Origin: Salpingoeca rosetta
Lineage: Eukaryota; Protista; Choanoflagellata
NCBI GenBank assembly: GCA_033442325.1
Contig: JAWQFM010000006.1
Span: 1,961,361 to 1,995,301 of the forward strand
Direction of reading: 5' to 3'
DNA: 33,941 nucleotides
Shown here in pieces: positions 1 through 32,302 of the stretch. The stretch's first letter is position 1, and each line of letters starts with the position of its first letter. A model generated the notes under the pieces. The model had not been told where the DNA came from. It saw only the letters and a program-made list of their open reading frames with translations, and ran no database searches. Both the position numbers and the translations under genes were made by a program.

Positions 1-740
1 GCGCCTCGTCCAACGTCATCCCCTCAAAACGCCTGGTCCAGGGAATCTGCAAGCGAACACAATCATGAGAGCGTGGCCAGCCAAATGCAGGCATGCACGC
101 GCACATACATGGAAACACACACTTATACAGACACAGACGAAGTCACAGACATACAATCGGGCATGCACGGAGGCACACGGGCACATAGGGCACGATACCA
201 GCGGGCCCCTGGGATTGGCGTCCTTCCCCCTGGTCCTGTTGCCGCCTGCTCGCTTGGACCGTTTAGCCGACGACGACGACGGCTCTTCGCGAGGCGCCAA
301 TAACGATTGGGTGGGGTTCATTGTATCCTGCGAAGACCGGGGTACCATGCTGTCTCCCTCCTGGGACTGCGTCTCATCGAAGGTCGAGCCTTGGGACTGG
401 ACACGCCGCCGAGATGTATTAGAGTCCTGCGAGTCAGAAGCAGACACTCGTGCTCGAGAAGAGCCCACCCGTGATTGGGAAAGAGGAAGGGGGCGTCCTC
501 CAAACACAAGAGACGCAGCTTGCGAAGACCGGGGTGCCATGATGTCTCCATCCTGGGACTGCGTCTCATCGAAGGTCGAGCCTTGGGACTGGACACGCTG
601 CGACGCACTTGAGTCCTGGGTTTCCGGGACAAGCACTTGTGGTTGTTTGCGGGGAGGCGGAAACGAGCCCATGATATCTGAAGCAGACACACGAAACGCA
701 ACTCAGTTACGACTTGCAACAGCAACGATCCAACACACAT

Positions 741-787
<47 letters not shown>

Positions 788-1107
788 ATCACAAGCACAA
801 GCACAAGCACAAGCACAAGCACACATGCACACATGCACACACATGCACACACATGCACACACATGCACACACATGCACACACATGCACACACATGCACAT
901 GCACACACACTCACGTGAAGGAGGAATGAACCCAGCCGGAGCCTCCTCATGTGGCTGCATGCACTGCACACAGATCAACGTGACCGCTCCATGCTGCATG
1001 CGCATTAGGGCCGCACACTGTTTGTGAAGCACCCTTGAACAGCGTGTACATTCGTTGCAGTACGTTGAACTCCCCCCACACTCAAAGCACACATCAGACT
1101 CCGCCAT
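1..1107 (-). CDS. PHD/RING-like zinc finger protein with SQ/TQ-rich repeat region; spliced, probably continues beyond left edge
   Basis: ATG at 1107. Exon 1107-915 encodes CFECGGSSTYCNECTRCSRVLHKQC...CVQC (C4-H-C3 PHD-like spacing). GTGAGT donor at 914, microsatellite-filled intron, CAG acceptor at 680-678; the phase-1 join is in frame with ORF 16..690. The downstream donor (198 or 154) and the exon at 46-1 are uncertain. Confidence 0.6.
329..601. repeat. Two ~80-bp coding direct repeats (~329-409 and ~521-601)
   Basis: tgcgaagaccggggt.ccatg.tgtctcc.tcctgggactgcgtctcatcgaaggtcgagccttgggactggacacgc occurs twice and encodes RVQSQGSTFDETQSQ(D/E)GD.M.PRSSQ on the minus strand. Confidence 0.9.
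742..910. repeat. Compound intronic microsatellite (CA)n/(ACAAGC)n/(ACACATGCAC)n
   Basis: Directly visible; lies inside intron 678-914. Confidence 0.95.
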
Positions 1108-1416
1108 ATCCAGTGGACGGTTTCTCTTCGAACGGCAACTGGCGCCAAACACGGCGCGCCAATCGCTGCACATGTGAGTCAGCAGAAAACAATTACTCGC
1201 CACGAACGCACACCGACCACCAGTTTCGCCAATACTCGCCAGCAATCACAATTACTCGCTGTGAACGGGCCCGAAGAGACGATTCACCCCAGCGAAGCAT
1301 ACAATTAATCGCTGGTGCGTCCTCGCCTCTCAACCCACCCACACAGAGCCCACTCGGAGCCCACTCAAAGCCCACTCGGAGCCCACACAATACACACCAC
1401 ACCACACGCAGGACGG
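1108..1416. promoter_or_regulatory. Putative bidirectional promoter between the PHD-like gene and the UBE2U-like gene
   Basis: Divergent ATGs are only 309 bp apart. Contains GGCGCCAAA (E2F-type TTTGGCGC on minus strand) at 1141-1149, repeated acaattactcgc (1189, 1248) and an 11-bp AGCCCACTC(GG/AA) tandem at 1347-1388. Confidence 0.5.
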
Positions 1417-3468
1417 ATGCTTGCGCGGGGCGTGCTGCATGCACGCCGGGAGCGCCAGCTGTTGCACTTGCATCCAATCCCGGGTGTCCTGGTGATGTCA
1501 CCGTCCATTGACGCGCACGACAACAATCATGCCGACGACAACGACGACGACGACGACGTGCAGCAGGAACCAACAACAGAACGCAGAAAGCAAACCACAG
1601 CAGAGGCAGCAGGCGAAAATGTGGGCAGGGGCACCGTCAACGTCAGCGATAACGACCACCATGACGACAACGACAACGGTAACGACGACGACAGCGATAC
1701 CGTCAACAACCACAACCACATTGGATCTCCTGCGGCAAGGGCCAGCAAGGCACCGCCGTCCAAAGTGTGGCTCAACTGGAGCGTCCTCATCTCGGGGTTG
1801 CCCAAACAGGACTACGCCGAGGCGTGCTTCAGGCTGCAGCTCACCTTCGACGAGGAATCTCCCGCCGTCCCGCCGCGCGTGCAGTTCCTCACCATCCCCT
1901 ACCACCCCAACGTCCACCCAGTCACCGGCCTCGTGTGCATGCCCACGCTTGAGCGCTGGAACCAGCCCCAACCAATGCAGGCAGCACCTCCACCACGGAC
2001 GCCGCTGAGTGACCACGCGCGCGCACGCCGCAGCATCACACCCAACACCGAGGTCAACAACGATGGAGATGACCCACACCACACGCCGTCTTCGTCTTCG
2101 CCTTCGCCTTCACGCGCGCCGCCGTGCACGCCACACACACCACCACCACCACCACCACCACCACCACCGGCTGGGCGCAATCCCTCGCAGCGACCCGCCA
2201 ACTCCTATGTGGAGCTGCTGCGCGATGTGCAGCGACTGCTGTCCAAGCCCCATCTCCCTTCCGCCGTCAACGCGCCGGCAGCAAACCTGTACCGCTTCAA
2301 GCGCGACGCCTACCAGCGGTTCGTTCAGCAGTGCTCAGAGGCCAGCCTGCGCGTGCACGCCGGGCTGCCGCCCTACCGCATGCAACAAATGCAGCAGCAG
2401 GAGCGCCTTCGCAAGCAACGACAACAACAGCAGCAACAGCAGCAACAGCAGAATCAGCGCGCATCGCGCCCAACCACGCGTCAGTCGCAGCAGCGCCCCG
2501 CCACACAGCAACGCCGCTTGCAAGCCGTGCCCGTGCACTATGAAGAGTACCGTGCGTCCTGGAAAATAACCGGGTCAACGCGCCGTATCACTGACGGGGA
2601 CAGCCGCCCTGACGACTTTGACGGTGATGGCTACGGATTTGACACGCGCGGATTTGACACGCGCGGTTACAGTGGGCGCACGCACAACCACGAGAGAACC
2701 CGTAACCGACACCCACACAGTCGCACGGCCACAAGAGGCAAGCATTACACCACGTCCACGGCTTCGTCCGCCAGTTACCACAACCACCGCAATAGCACCA
2801 GCACCAGCAGCAGCAGCAGCGGTGGTAGTGCTGGTGTTCGCATGTGGCCACACCCTGCAGCGCGCCAGAATTTGCTGCAGGCGGGCAGTGCACCCGGCTC
2901 GCGGATGGGGCGACGTGTAGCCTCCACCCCGCTTGCATCTGCCCGCGCCCTCCGCTCTGCTCCAGTCATATCATCATCGCCAACGAAACACACTTTCACC
3001 ACCACGCCCACAGCCACCCCCTCCAATGCCACAGCCGCGCCCGTGAGCCCGCGCCGGGGTGCACCTGCGACTGTCGTGATTCCCAACTTGCCAAAGGTGT
3101 CGTCGGGGTGGTCTGTCACCTCGCTCGTGTCTGCATCGACATCACCCCAGCCAGATCTGAGCCGCAACGCCAGCCACACGAGCCTGCTGCATCGCGACAA
3201 CCACCGCCATTCCCCCCGCAAACCGCGCCTCAGCCGCATCAGCAGCGTGGGGAGTGAAGCGAGCAGAGCCAGCACCCCCGTGCACTTCCCGCCCCCATCT
3301 CCATCTCCATCATTACTTCACGCCCAGCACCACACGCCCGTGTCCCCGCGGCCGATGACGTCGCGGACGGATGCAGAGGCAGACGACCTGATATCGTGGG
3401 CAGGCAGGCTGGAGGTTGCCACCCCATTTACCGACGACACGGCGCAATCGCCCACGCTCAACTTTTAA
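1417..3468 (+). CDS. UBE2U: Ubiquitin-conjugating enzyme E2, UBE2U-like, with low-complexity insertions (683 aa, apparently intronless)
   Basis: UBC core W.VLISGL...FRLQLTF...PPRVQFLTIPYHPNVHPVTGLVC with catalytic Cys at 1936-1938, then LL..VQRLLSKP....AVN..AA.LY. The downstream YEEYRASWKITGST and C-terminal EADDLISWAGRL resemble animal UBE2U motifs as I recall them (FSDYYQTWSRIATS; EVEDLISWTNTL). ATG at 1417 chosen over the GTG start at 1315. Confidence 0.8.
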   Translation: MLARGVLHARRERQLLHLHPIPGVLVMSPSIDAHDNNHADDNDDDDDVQQEPTTERRKQTTAEAAGENVGRGTVNVSDNDHHDDNDNGNDDDSDTVNNHNHIGSPAARASKAPPSKVWLNWSVLISGLPKQDYAEACFRLQLTFDEESPAVPPRVQFLTIPYHPNVHPVTGLVCMPTLERWNQPQPMQAAPPPRTPLSDHARARRSITPNTEVNNDGDDPHHTPSSSSPSPSRAPPCTPHTPPPPPPPPPPAGRNPSQRPANSYVELLRDVQRLLSKPHLPSAVNAPAANLYRFKRDAYQRFVQQCSEASLRVHAGLPPYRMQQMQQQERLRKQRQQQQQQQQQQNQRASRPTTRQSQQRPATQQRRLQAVPVHYEEYRASWKITGSTRRITDGDSRPDDFDGDGYGFDTRGFDTRGYSGRTHNHERTRNRHPHSRTATRGKHYTTSTASSASYHNHRNSTSTSSSSSGGSAGVRMWPHPAARQNLLQAGSAPGSRMGRRVASTPLASARALRSAPVISSSPTKHTFTTTPTATPSNATAAPVSPRRGAPATVVIPNLPKVSSGWSVTSLVSASTSPQPDLSRNASHTSLLHRDNHRHSPRKPRLSRISSVGSEASRASTPVHFPPPSPSPSLLHAQHHTPVSPRPMTSRTDAEADDLISWAGRLEVATPFTDDTAQSPTLNF

Positions 3469-4105
3469 TGTGCGCGTGTTGGAGTTACATGTTCGTGTGT
3501 GTATGAGTTGCGTGCGTGTGTGTACATGCGTGCGTGTACATGCTTGCGTGCGTGTACATGCGTGCGCGTGTGTACATGCTCGCGTGTACCAACTGTGTCG
3601 AGCTTGAGTTGTGCGTGTGCAAGCTGCATCAGCTCCGCACATGTGAAGTTCTGTGCAGGTGTTGTTTGTTTATATGCTTACGACCTGCCACCTCACGCCA
3701 CATTTTCGTCTTTATCACCACCAAGCTCTCGCTGACGACAAAATAGCTCGGCCCTGCATGTACAAGTGCGTTTAAGGGTTTGCTCATATGCACCCTTGTA
3801 TTGTGAATGCCCTTATTCAATCTATGTACAGTAAACAACCCATTCAACTCAATGAAACAGGTAGCATGAAGTGATCAACAAACACAAGCACACGTGTGTG
3901 CGCAATCAACAAGGCTTGCTTCTTTGCGGCACTGTCAACGCAAGCATCCCAACAATTTGTGTAACAACGCAAGCCAAGCAACACTACAAACCTCTTTTCT
4001 CTCTTTCGCTCACTCATACACACACACACACAGACAGACACACAGACAGACACACACACACACGCAGACACACAGACAAGCATGAAGAATGCAGACGCTA
4101 CGCTG

Positions 4106-25155
<21,050 letters not shown>

Positions 25156-25700
25156 TCCAGCCGCAGCGATGGCGTGCGTGATGATGGCAACGACGTGGTC
25201 GCCGTTGGTGCTGCTGCTGCTGCTGGTGCTGCTGTTGCTGTTTCGTGCTGACGCGGTCGTGTGCGCGCGTGTGCACGCAGGGAAGGAAGCAAGCCAGCAA
25301 GGATCCCGAATGGAGCAAGGCGTATGCTCCAAAACAGCTGTTGCTGTTGCTGTTGCTGGTGTCAAAAAGAAACGGGCGGCCGCGAAAAGAGTCAAGGGTC
25401 AAACACACAGGAGAGAAGCAAGGCAGAGGAAGCGGAAGCAGGAAGCGGGATAGGGGCAGCTTCCGTGTTGCTTCGTTGTTGGTTGGCGTGTGTGAAGTGG
25501 TGGGCGAGCCGATGTCGCTTTTCAACGGCGTGTTGTGTTTGTGTTGGGTGGGGTTGCTCCTAATGGATGAGCTGGTTGCGTTTTGCGGTTGCGCTTTGCT
25601 GCTTGCAGGCAGAGGAAAGAAAAATATACATTTTCTCATGAAAATATAGCAAATTTTCAACAATGCCAAGTTTTGTTTCATCGGATGAAAATGGTACTGC

Positions 25701-25863
25701 TGATGAGACATGTGACGGTGTGCGTGTGGTGTGGTGGTGGATTGTGGTGTTGGGGTTGATGAGACATGTGACGGTGTGCGTGTGGTGTGGTGGTGGATTG
25801 TGGTGTTGGGGTTGATGAGACATGTGACGGTGTGCGTGTGTGTGGTGGTGTGGATTGTTGTGG
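25701..25863. repeat. 56-bp minisatellite, ~3 copies
   Basis: Unit tgatgagacatgtgacggtgtgcgtgtggtgtggtggtggattgtggtgttggggt starts at 25701, 25757 and 25813. Confidence 0.9.
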
Positions 25864-26115
25864 CTGCCCTTCCTGCTGTCTGTCGTCACTGCAGTGGCTT
25901 GTTGTTGTATAAAATGCCACAAGGGGGAACAGCGGAGACAGACAGACACGTGAAGGGCGGGCGGGAAGAAGCAAGCAGGGCGTGCGCCTGCGTAACGGTC
26001 GTTTGTAACACAATGGCGAGGAAGCAACAGGGGGGATGGCCAGACAGGCACAGAGACACGCGCGCAGACACAGACACACGCGCAGACATAGACACACAGA
26101 GACAGACAGACAAGC

Positions 26116-26163
<48 letters not shown>

Positions 26164-26959
26164 NNNNNNNNNNNNNNNNNNNNNNNNNNNNNNNNNNNNN
26201 NNNNNNNNNNNNNNNNNNNNNNNNNNNNNNNNNNNNNNNNNNNNNNNNNNNNNNNNNNNNNNNNNNNNNNNNNNNNNNNNNNNNNNNNNNNNNNNNNNNN
26301 NNNNNNNNNNNNNNNNNNNNNNNNNNNNNNNNNNNNNNNNNNNNNNNNNNNNNNNNNNNNNNNNNNNNNNNNNNNNNNNNNNNNNNNNNNNNNNNNNNNN
26401 NNNNNNNNNNNNNNNNNNNNNNNNNNNNNNNNNNNNNNNNNNNNNNNNNNNNNNNNNNNNNNNNNNNNNNNNNNNNNNNNNNNNNNNNNNNNNNNNNNNN
26501 NNNNNNNNNNNNNNNNNNNNNNNNNNNNNNNNNNNNNNNNNNNNNNNNNNNNNNNNNNNNNNNNNNNNNNNNNNNNNNNNNNNNNNNNNNNNNNNNNNNN
26601 NNNNNNNNNNNNNNNNNNNNNNNNNNNNNNNNNNNNNNNNNNNNNNNNNNNNNNNNNNNNNNNNNNNNNNNNNNNNNNNNNNNNNNNNNNNNNNNNNNNN
26701 NNNNNNNNNNNNNNNNNNNNNNNNNNNNNNNNNNNNNNNNNNNNNNNNNNNNNNNNNNNNNNNNNNNNNNNNNNNNNNNNNNNNNNNNNNNNNNNNNNNN
26801 NNNNNNNNNNNNNNNNNNNNNNNNNNNNNNNNNNNNNNNNNNNNNNNNNNNNNNNNNNNNNNNNNNNNNNNNNNNNNNNNNNNNNNNNNNNNNNNNNNNN
26901 NNNNNNNNNNNNNNNNNNNNNNNNNNNNNNNNNNNNNNNNNNNNNNNNNNNNNNNNNNN
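26164..26959. other. Assembly gap (796 N) flanked by (GA)n
   Basis: Run of n with (GA)n on both sides. Confidence 1.
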
Positions 26960-27001
<42 letters not shown>

Positions 27002-27043
27002 CACCCTCCCACACACATACACACGCAATGTGACGGTTCTGAC

Positions 27044-28160
27044 CTGTTCACAGGCCGCTTGCTCTTCCCGATCGAGGATGGTGCAGAAGTTCTCCAGCTC
27101 CGCCAGCGAAAACTCCTCCCAGTGAAACTCATACTCCTGGTTGTACTCCTGTGGTGGTGGTGGATCATGGGGGTGTGGTGTGAAGGGAACGCAACCAGCG
27201 CGCGCGTGCCATCGTGGCGTTAGAGAGAGAGAGAGAGAGAGGGGGGGGGGTGTGCGAATGCATGCACAGTTACAGACAAAGCACAACCACATACAAGATC
27301 TGCCACCACCACCACCACCACCACCATAAGAAGAAGAAGAAACCCCGCCAAGCCGCGTGCCGCACCTTCAAGGAGAGCTCAAAGTGTTCGCTCTTCTCGC
27401 CCCACAGCAGCTGCAGCGCAAGTGGCTCCTCAAAGCGCCGTAACCTCCGCTCGCCTGAAGTGTGCGGCGTGTGCGGCGTGTGCGTATGAGTCAGTGGAGT
27501 GGGAGTGAGGTAGCGTGAGTGGCGGGGGAGGAGAGGGGAGTAGTGTGAGTGGACGCAGTGGAACCAGCAAAGGGAGTGGAGCAAACACAAGGAGAGAGAA
27601 GTCTGGGTCTGTGTTGCTGAGCACAGACACACAACAAGCAGCAGCAAACGCACTTCCGGATGCGGTGTTGCGTTCAAAGAGGGCAAACTTCCTCGGGTTG
27701 CTCGTCACCCGAAACTTGCGCAGCAAGATGGCAATCACCTGCGGCAGTCCCACACAGGGACGTGCGTGTCAGAGTGAGTGAGTGAGTGAGTGAGTGAGTG
27801 AGTGAGTGAGTGAGTGAGTGAGTGTGCCGTGTGCGTGTGGTAGCAGAGCAGCAGGTAATGGGCAACAACAATACGAGTGTGCCGCTGCTTGCAGTTGCAT
27901 GTGCAGCTGCGTTCGCACCTCCTGTGCTGTGGTTGCGGAGGTGACGTAGAGGCCTTTTGACACGTGTTTGGGGAGGAAGAACGTCTCGCCCTCGTGCGAG
28001 CCAGAGCTGGACGCCGACCCGGAGCTGCGGAAAAACCGATGCTGTCCGCGGTGGCAATGATGGTGGTCCACGCGTGCACGTGTATGCGAGGATGGGTTGA
28101 GTGTTGGGAAGAAGAAGAAGAAGAAGAAGCAGAAGAGGGAAACAACTTGCACATTCTGCG

Positions 28161-28204
<44 letters not shown>

Positions 28205-28573
28205 GGACAGACAGACAGACAGACAGACACAGACAGACAGATAGATAGACACATACACACACGCGCACACGCATGCACACACACACAGACAGACACACTT
28301 GTGCCAAACGAACCGATGAGCCTGCGATTGCTGGTGAGACGGGCACAGCCAGGCATTCGCTCTGTTCTGGGGAGTTGTTGACAATGGACTCGTCAGATGA
28401 CACGCGGATGGGGCGGGTCAAGTTCAGCGTCACGCGGATGTAACCTTTGAAGTTCTTGGACCCGGGCTCGTTGTCCTGTCAACACCAAAGGTAAGAGAAG
28501 GTGGGTGGTGGAGCATTGCACCCATGGCGAGAGAGCAGGCGGTGCATCCAAGTCCAAGGGGGTGGTGATTTCG

Positions 28574-28645
<72 letters not shown>

Positions 28646-30137
28646 ACACACACACACACACACGTGGTGGACGCACCAGCATTTCGATAAAGTTGTTAGT
28701 GCGGTTGCAGTTGTACTTGTCCACCTTCGCAGCCACATCCTCAGCGGTAAGGTACGCGAGCAAGCCCTGGGCACCGGCATCGATGCCTTCCTGCGTCTGG
28801 CGCGGGTGCACGTGGGGCTCACGTGGTCCTTGCACCGTCCGCTGCACACACGCCAGCTCCACTTGGTCCGCACAATCAAGATGACACGTATACATGCACC
28901 CTGTTAACCGCAGCAAGCGCAATGTGCATGTGCATATGTGTGTGTGTGTGAGCACGTGTGTTAGCATGCGTGGGCTCGTGTGCATGTACACACGTGTGTT
29001 AGCATGCGTGGGCGCGTGTGCATGTACACACGTGTGTATGCGCGCGTGTGTGTGCGCGAATGCTTGTTCACATATATCTGTGTAGTTTGTTGTGCGTATG
29101 TTTGAAAGTGGAGGTTCCTCCACTTGAACCACAGCTTCTCTACCCACTCCCTTCCCTTCCCATGACCCTTTCCCGGCTCCACCGCGTGTGCATGGCATGC
29201 GTACGTTTGCACTGGACGCAAGGCCGCAAAAGTCCCCAGATGATGTCGTCGCACAAGTCGCACCACGTCGGCTGCGTCAGCTCAAGATGGTCAAACTCGT
29301 GCTGCAACACACACACACACACACGCACGCGCGCGGGTGCAGATGGTGTTGGAGTGCGCGTCAACGTGGAGACGTGGGGGTGTGGAAAGAAGGAAGGTGC
29401 GAATGAGGGAACGAGCGATGAAGCAATGTGGGGGTACGAAACAACGTGTGTGTGTGTGTGTGGGGGGGGGGATGCATTACAATCCCAAAACAAAGAAAGA
29501 GCCTGCCGAGTGCAGGAGAAACACATGAGGGCGCGGTCATGCATAGATGCACATACCTTGATGAGCTTTTTCTTCGCTTTGCTAGACAGTTTGGATTTGC
29601 TGGAGCTGTACACAAGTAGGACACATCACACATGCTTGGTTAGATACGGCAGTGGCTCTTCAGCACCAACAACAACATGGCTGCGTACACGACAACGAAA
29701 TGTGCACGAAAGACAAAGGGAGGCAAAAAGATGGAAAAGGGAGACAGAGACACAGACGGACAGAGGGACAGACAGAGGGACAGAGAGACACACAACCACA
29801 AGCACAAGCACAAGCACAAGCACAAACACACACACACATACAAACACAACCACACACACACACATACAAACACAACCACAAACACAACCACAACCACAAC
29901 CACAACCACAACCACAAACACGCACCTCTTCTGTTTGATGAAGGTGCTGAGCCGGCGGAGAAGGGGACTGGATCGCGGACTGTTTGGGCGCTTCCTGTCT
30001 ACGGGAGTCTTCAACTTTGCTCGCAGCGTCTGTGGGGATGTGCTTGGTGATGTCTTGCCAGATGGCTCGCCGCTCGAGGAGCGATCTTCATCTCGATCAG
30101 CCTTTCTCCTCCGCCAGTATCGTCCGGGATTGCTCAT
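27044..30137 (-). CDS. RASSF1/RASSF5-like protein (C1 - Ras-association - SARAH); 3' end probably in gap. Exons ~30137-29926, 29605-29557, 29301-29205, 28900-28677, 28475-~28300, ~28040-27919, 27738-27654, 27454-27366, 27148-27044
   Basis: C1: HEF...TWCDLCDDIIWGLLRPCVQCKRCMYTCHLDCADQVELAC. Then KVDKYN, FKGYIRVTLNLTRPI, FFLPK...AQEVIAILLRKFRVTSNPRKFALFER...EPLALQLLWG and SARAH WEEFSLAELENFCTILDREE. Phases verified except the exon 5/6 junction. Confidence 0.9.
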
Positions 30138-30669
30138 GGCGCCTGTGTTTGGTGGGTCTGTTCTGCGTCGTGTGTGCCAATGCTCCGAGACGCCCCTGTA
30201 CCTGCGTGCGCGGGAACAGCCTCACTTGTATCGATGGGCCGAAACGTCACGTGTGGCGCGTACCTATGCTACCGTCTGATGGACAGCAACGCACAACAAC
30301 AAAAACCGTGGTGCGAGAGGACAGGACAGCGGTGAGAGGAGTGAATGACACTTGGGGTTGCCTCTTGTTCCCAAGGCAAGCCCCTTTGCTTGCTGATTTT
30401 ACCCCCCACCTCCCCCAAAAAGGTGTGACACATCACCGTCAGCAACACCCACTACCAACAGCAACAGCAACACCATCATCCACCATCACCACCATCTATG
30501 GCCACCACACCCGATGTTGGCTGTTCACACACAAACAAAACACACGACATGACTACAAACAGTCACAACTCGTGATCGCATCACCGTCGGGCGAAAATGA
30601 CCCACAACCAACCAAGGCACAAGCACACACAGGCAAGCACGACGCCAAAAATATGGAACCACACACGCC

Positions 30670-30700
30670 GACACATGCACACACACATGCACACACACAT

Positions 30701-30783
<83 letters not shown>
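30670..30783. repeat. (CA)n microsatellite
   Basis: Directly visible. Confidence 0.95.
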
Positions 30784-30784
<1 letters not shown>

Positions 30785-32302
30785 GAGCACCACCTCCTTG
30801 TCGCCGGTTCTCATTTCCCTTCCCTTCCTCTTTCTTTCCCCTCCCAGCCAGTACAGCACCGTCGCTTCCGCACCAGGCAAGCAAAAGGGCTGCCCCAAAA
30901 GGACGGCGTTAAATCGTCAGCGCGGGCGTGCAAGCAACAACTGTGAGTGCACGAAATTTTGTGGGCACGGTTGCAAAACGGCGGACGCAAGCCAGCAAGC
31001 AAGCAAGCAAGCAAGCCAGCCAGCCAAGCCAGCGATGATTTGCGATTGTTGACATGACTCACCACAGAAGTTCCCAGCAGCGGTGCTTGCACTGTGTCAC
31101 AAGTAGACAAGTACTCACACCGCCGGCCCACTTGTTCAGCACGCAGCCTTGGGCCGTCAAACCCTCGAAACGGAGGGGAAGGCCACAAGTGCTTACGCGC
31201 GCTGCATGGATGTGCTGGACAAGCGGTGTCTGCAGCAACCCTGAGGCTACCACGTCGGGAACCCTGCTGACCACCGCCAAAGAGATTGCTCTGCTTTGAC
31301 GAGGGTCGGTGACACCAAAGCAAGACCGCCGACGAGGCAGATGCCCAGAGGGCTGACTGCCACGAGGCTGACTGCAAAGACTGCCACCAAAGGCGCCACA
31401 CACACACACACACACACACAGAGCAGACAAGTAAACACTAGAAACTCAGTAAACAAGAGCACTAGAGCACATGTAAGGAGGAATGATCGCTGGACCTGCA
31501 AGAGAAAAGAGAGACAGGGGCCAACACAAGGGGGGACAGTTGAGTGTGAGTTTGAGAAGGGGATATCCTGTGACAACAAGCACACAAGCACCTCCTACTC
31601 CTCCCTCTTCTTCTTCTCGCTCTTCTCCTTCTCCCTTTCTCCCTCCTGTCGCGTCGATTGGAAAATGAACAAGTGAGTGAGAGAGAGTGTGTGTGTCGTG
31701 CTTTGCGTGTGTTGTTCTGTTGATGTGAGTGCTAAGTTACTGAGTGAGTTGCGGGGGCGTGGGTGTCAGTTGCCACAACTGGAAAGTCGCCCACAAAGTG
31801 CCACACCCACACGTCCAAATAAGCATCTAACACAAAAAAAACACACACACACAAAACGGAAACACTTCTTTCGCCTCTAACTTTCGTCAACAATGAAATG
31901 GTTTTTGTGGACCAGTTGAAAAAGGTTCCCGCCCACCACCGTTTGACTAAACGCACTCACATTCGAGCTCATCCCCTTGACCCCCACACCCACTTTGAAC
32001 ATCATCAAACTGCACACTTTTGAGTTGAGCCAGCAGGTCAGTGCTGTTGGTGTGTGAGTGTGGGTGTGTGTGTGTGAGTGTGTGAGTGTGTGTGTGTGCC
32101 TGTGTGTGTGTCTCTCTCTGTCTCTCTGTCTCTTCTCTCTGTCTCTCTCTTCTCTCTCTCTGCCCTTGTGCACACACACACACCTGTCTCTGCCACTGTC
32201 CTCGTGCCTCACCTCCTCCGCACTGTCAACATTGGAATCTCTGCCCATACTAACTGCGTGCGTTTGCATGCTCTCTTCTGCAGGGCAGTGATCTCTGTTC
32301 TC

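Noticed and set aside
707-1027. His-Thr and Cys-Val repeat 'proteins' here and elsewhere in the window
   Set aside because: Translations of (CA)n/(TG)n microsatellites
25169-25453. Plus-strand signal-peptide-like stretch MMATTWSPLVLLLLLVLLLLFRADA
   Set aside because: Comes from a (CTG)n repeat in the probable 5' UTR of the minus-strand gene; the ORF ends soon after with no domain
25701-25863. Possible CRISPR-like array
   Set aside because: Head-to-tail tandem repeat with no unique spacers; eukaryotic context; no cas genes
25560-27292. Long ORFs spanning the N run
   Set aside because: Artefacts of translating the assembly gap
30811-31676. Several 80-200 aa ORFs between the RASSF-like and TSEN15-like genes
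   Set aside because: No consistent splice model or motif; probably UTR or promoter sequence
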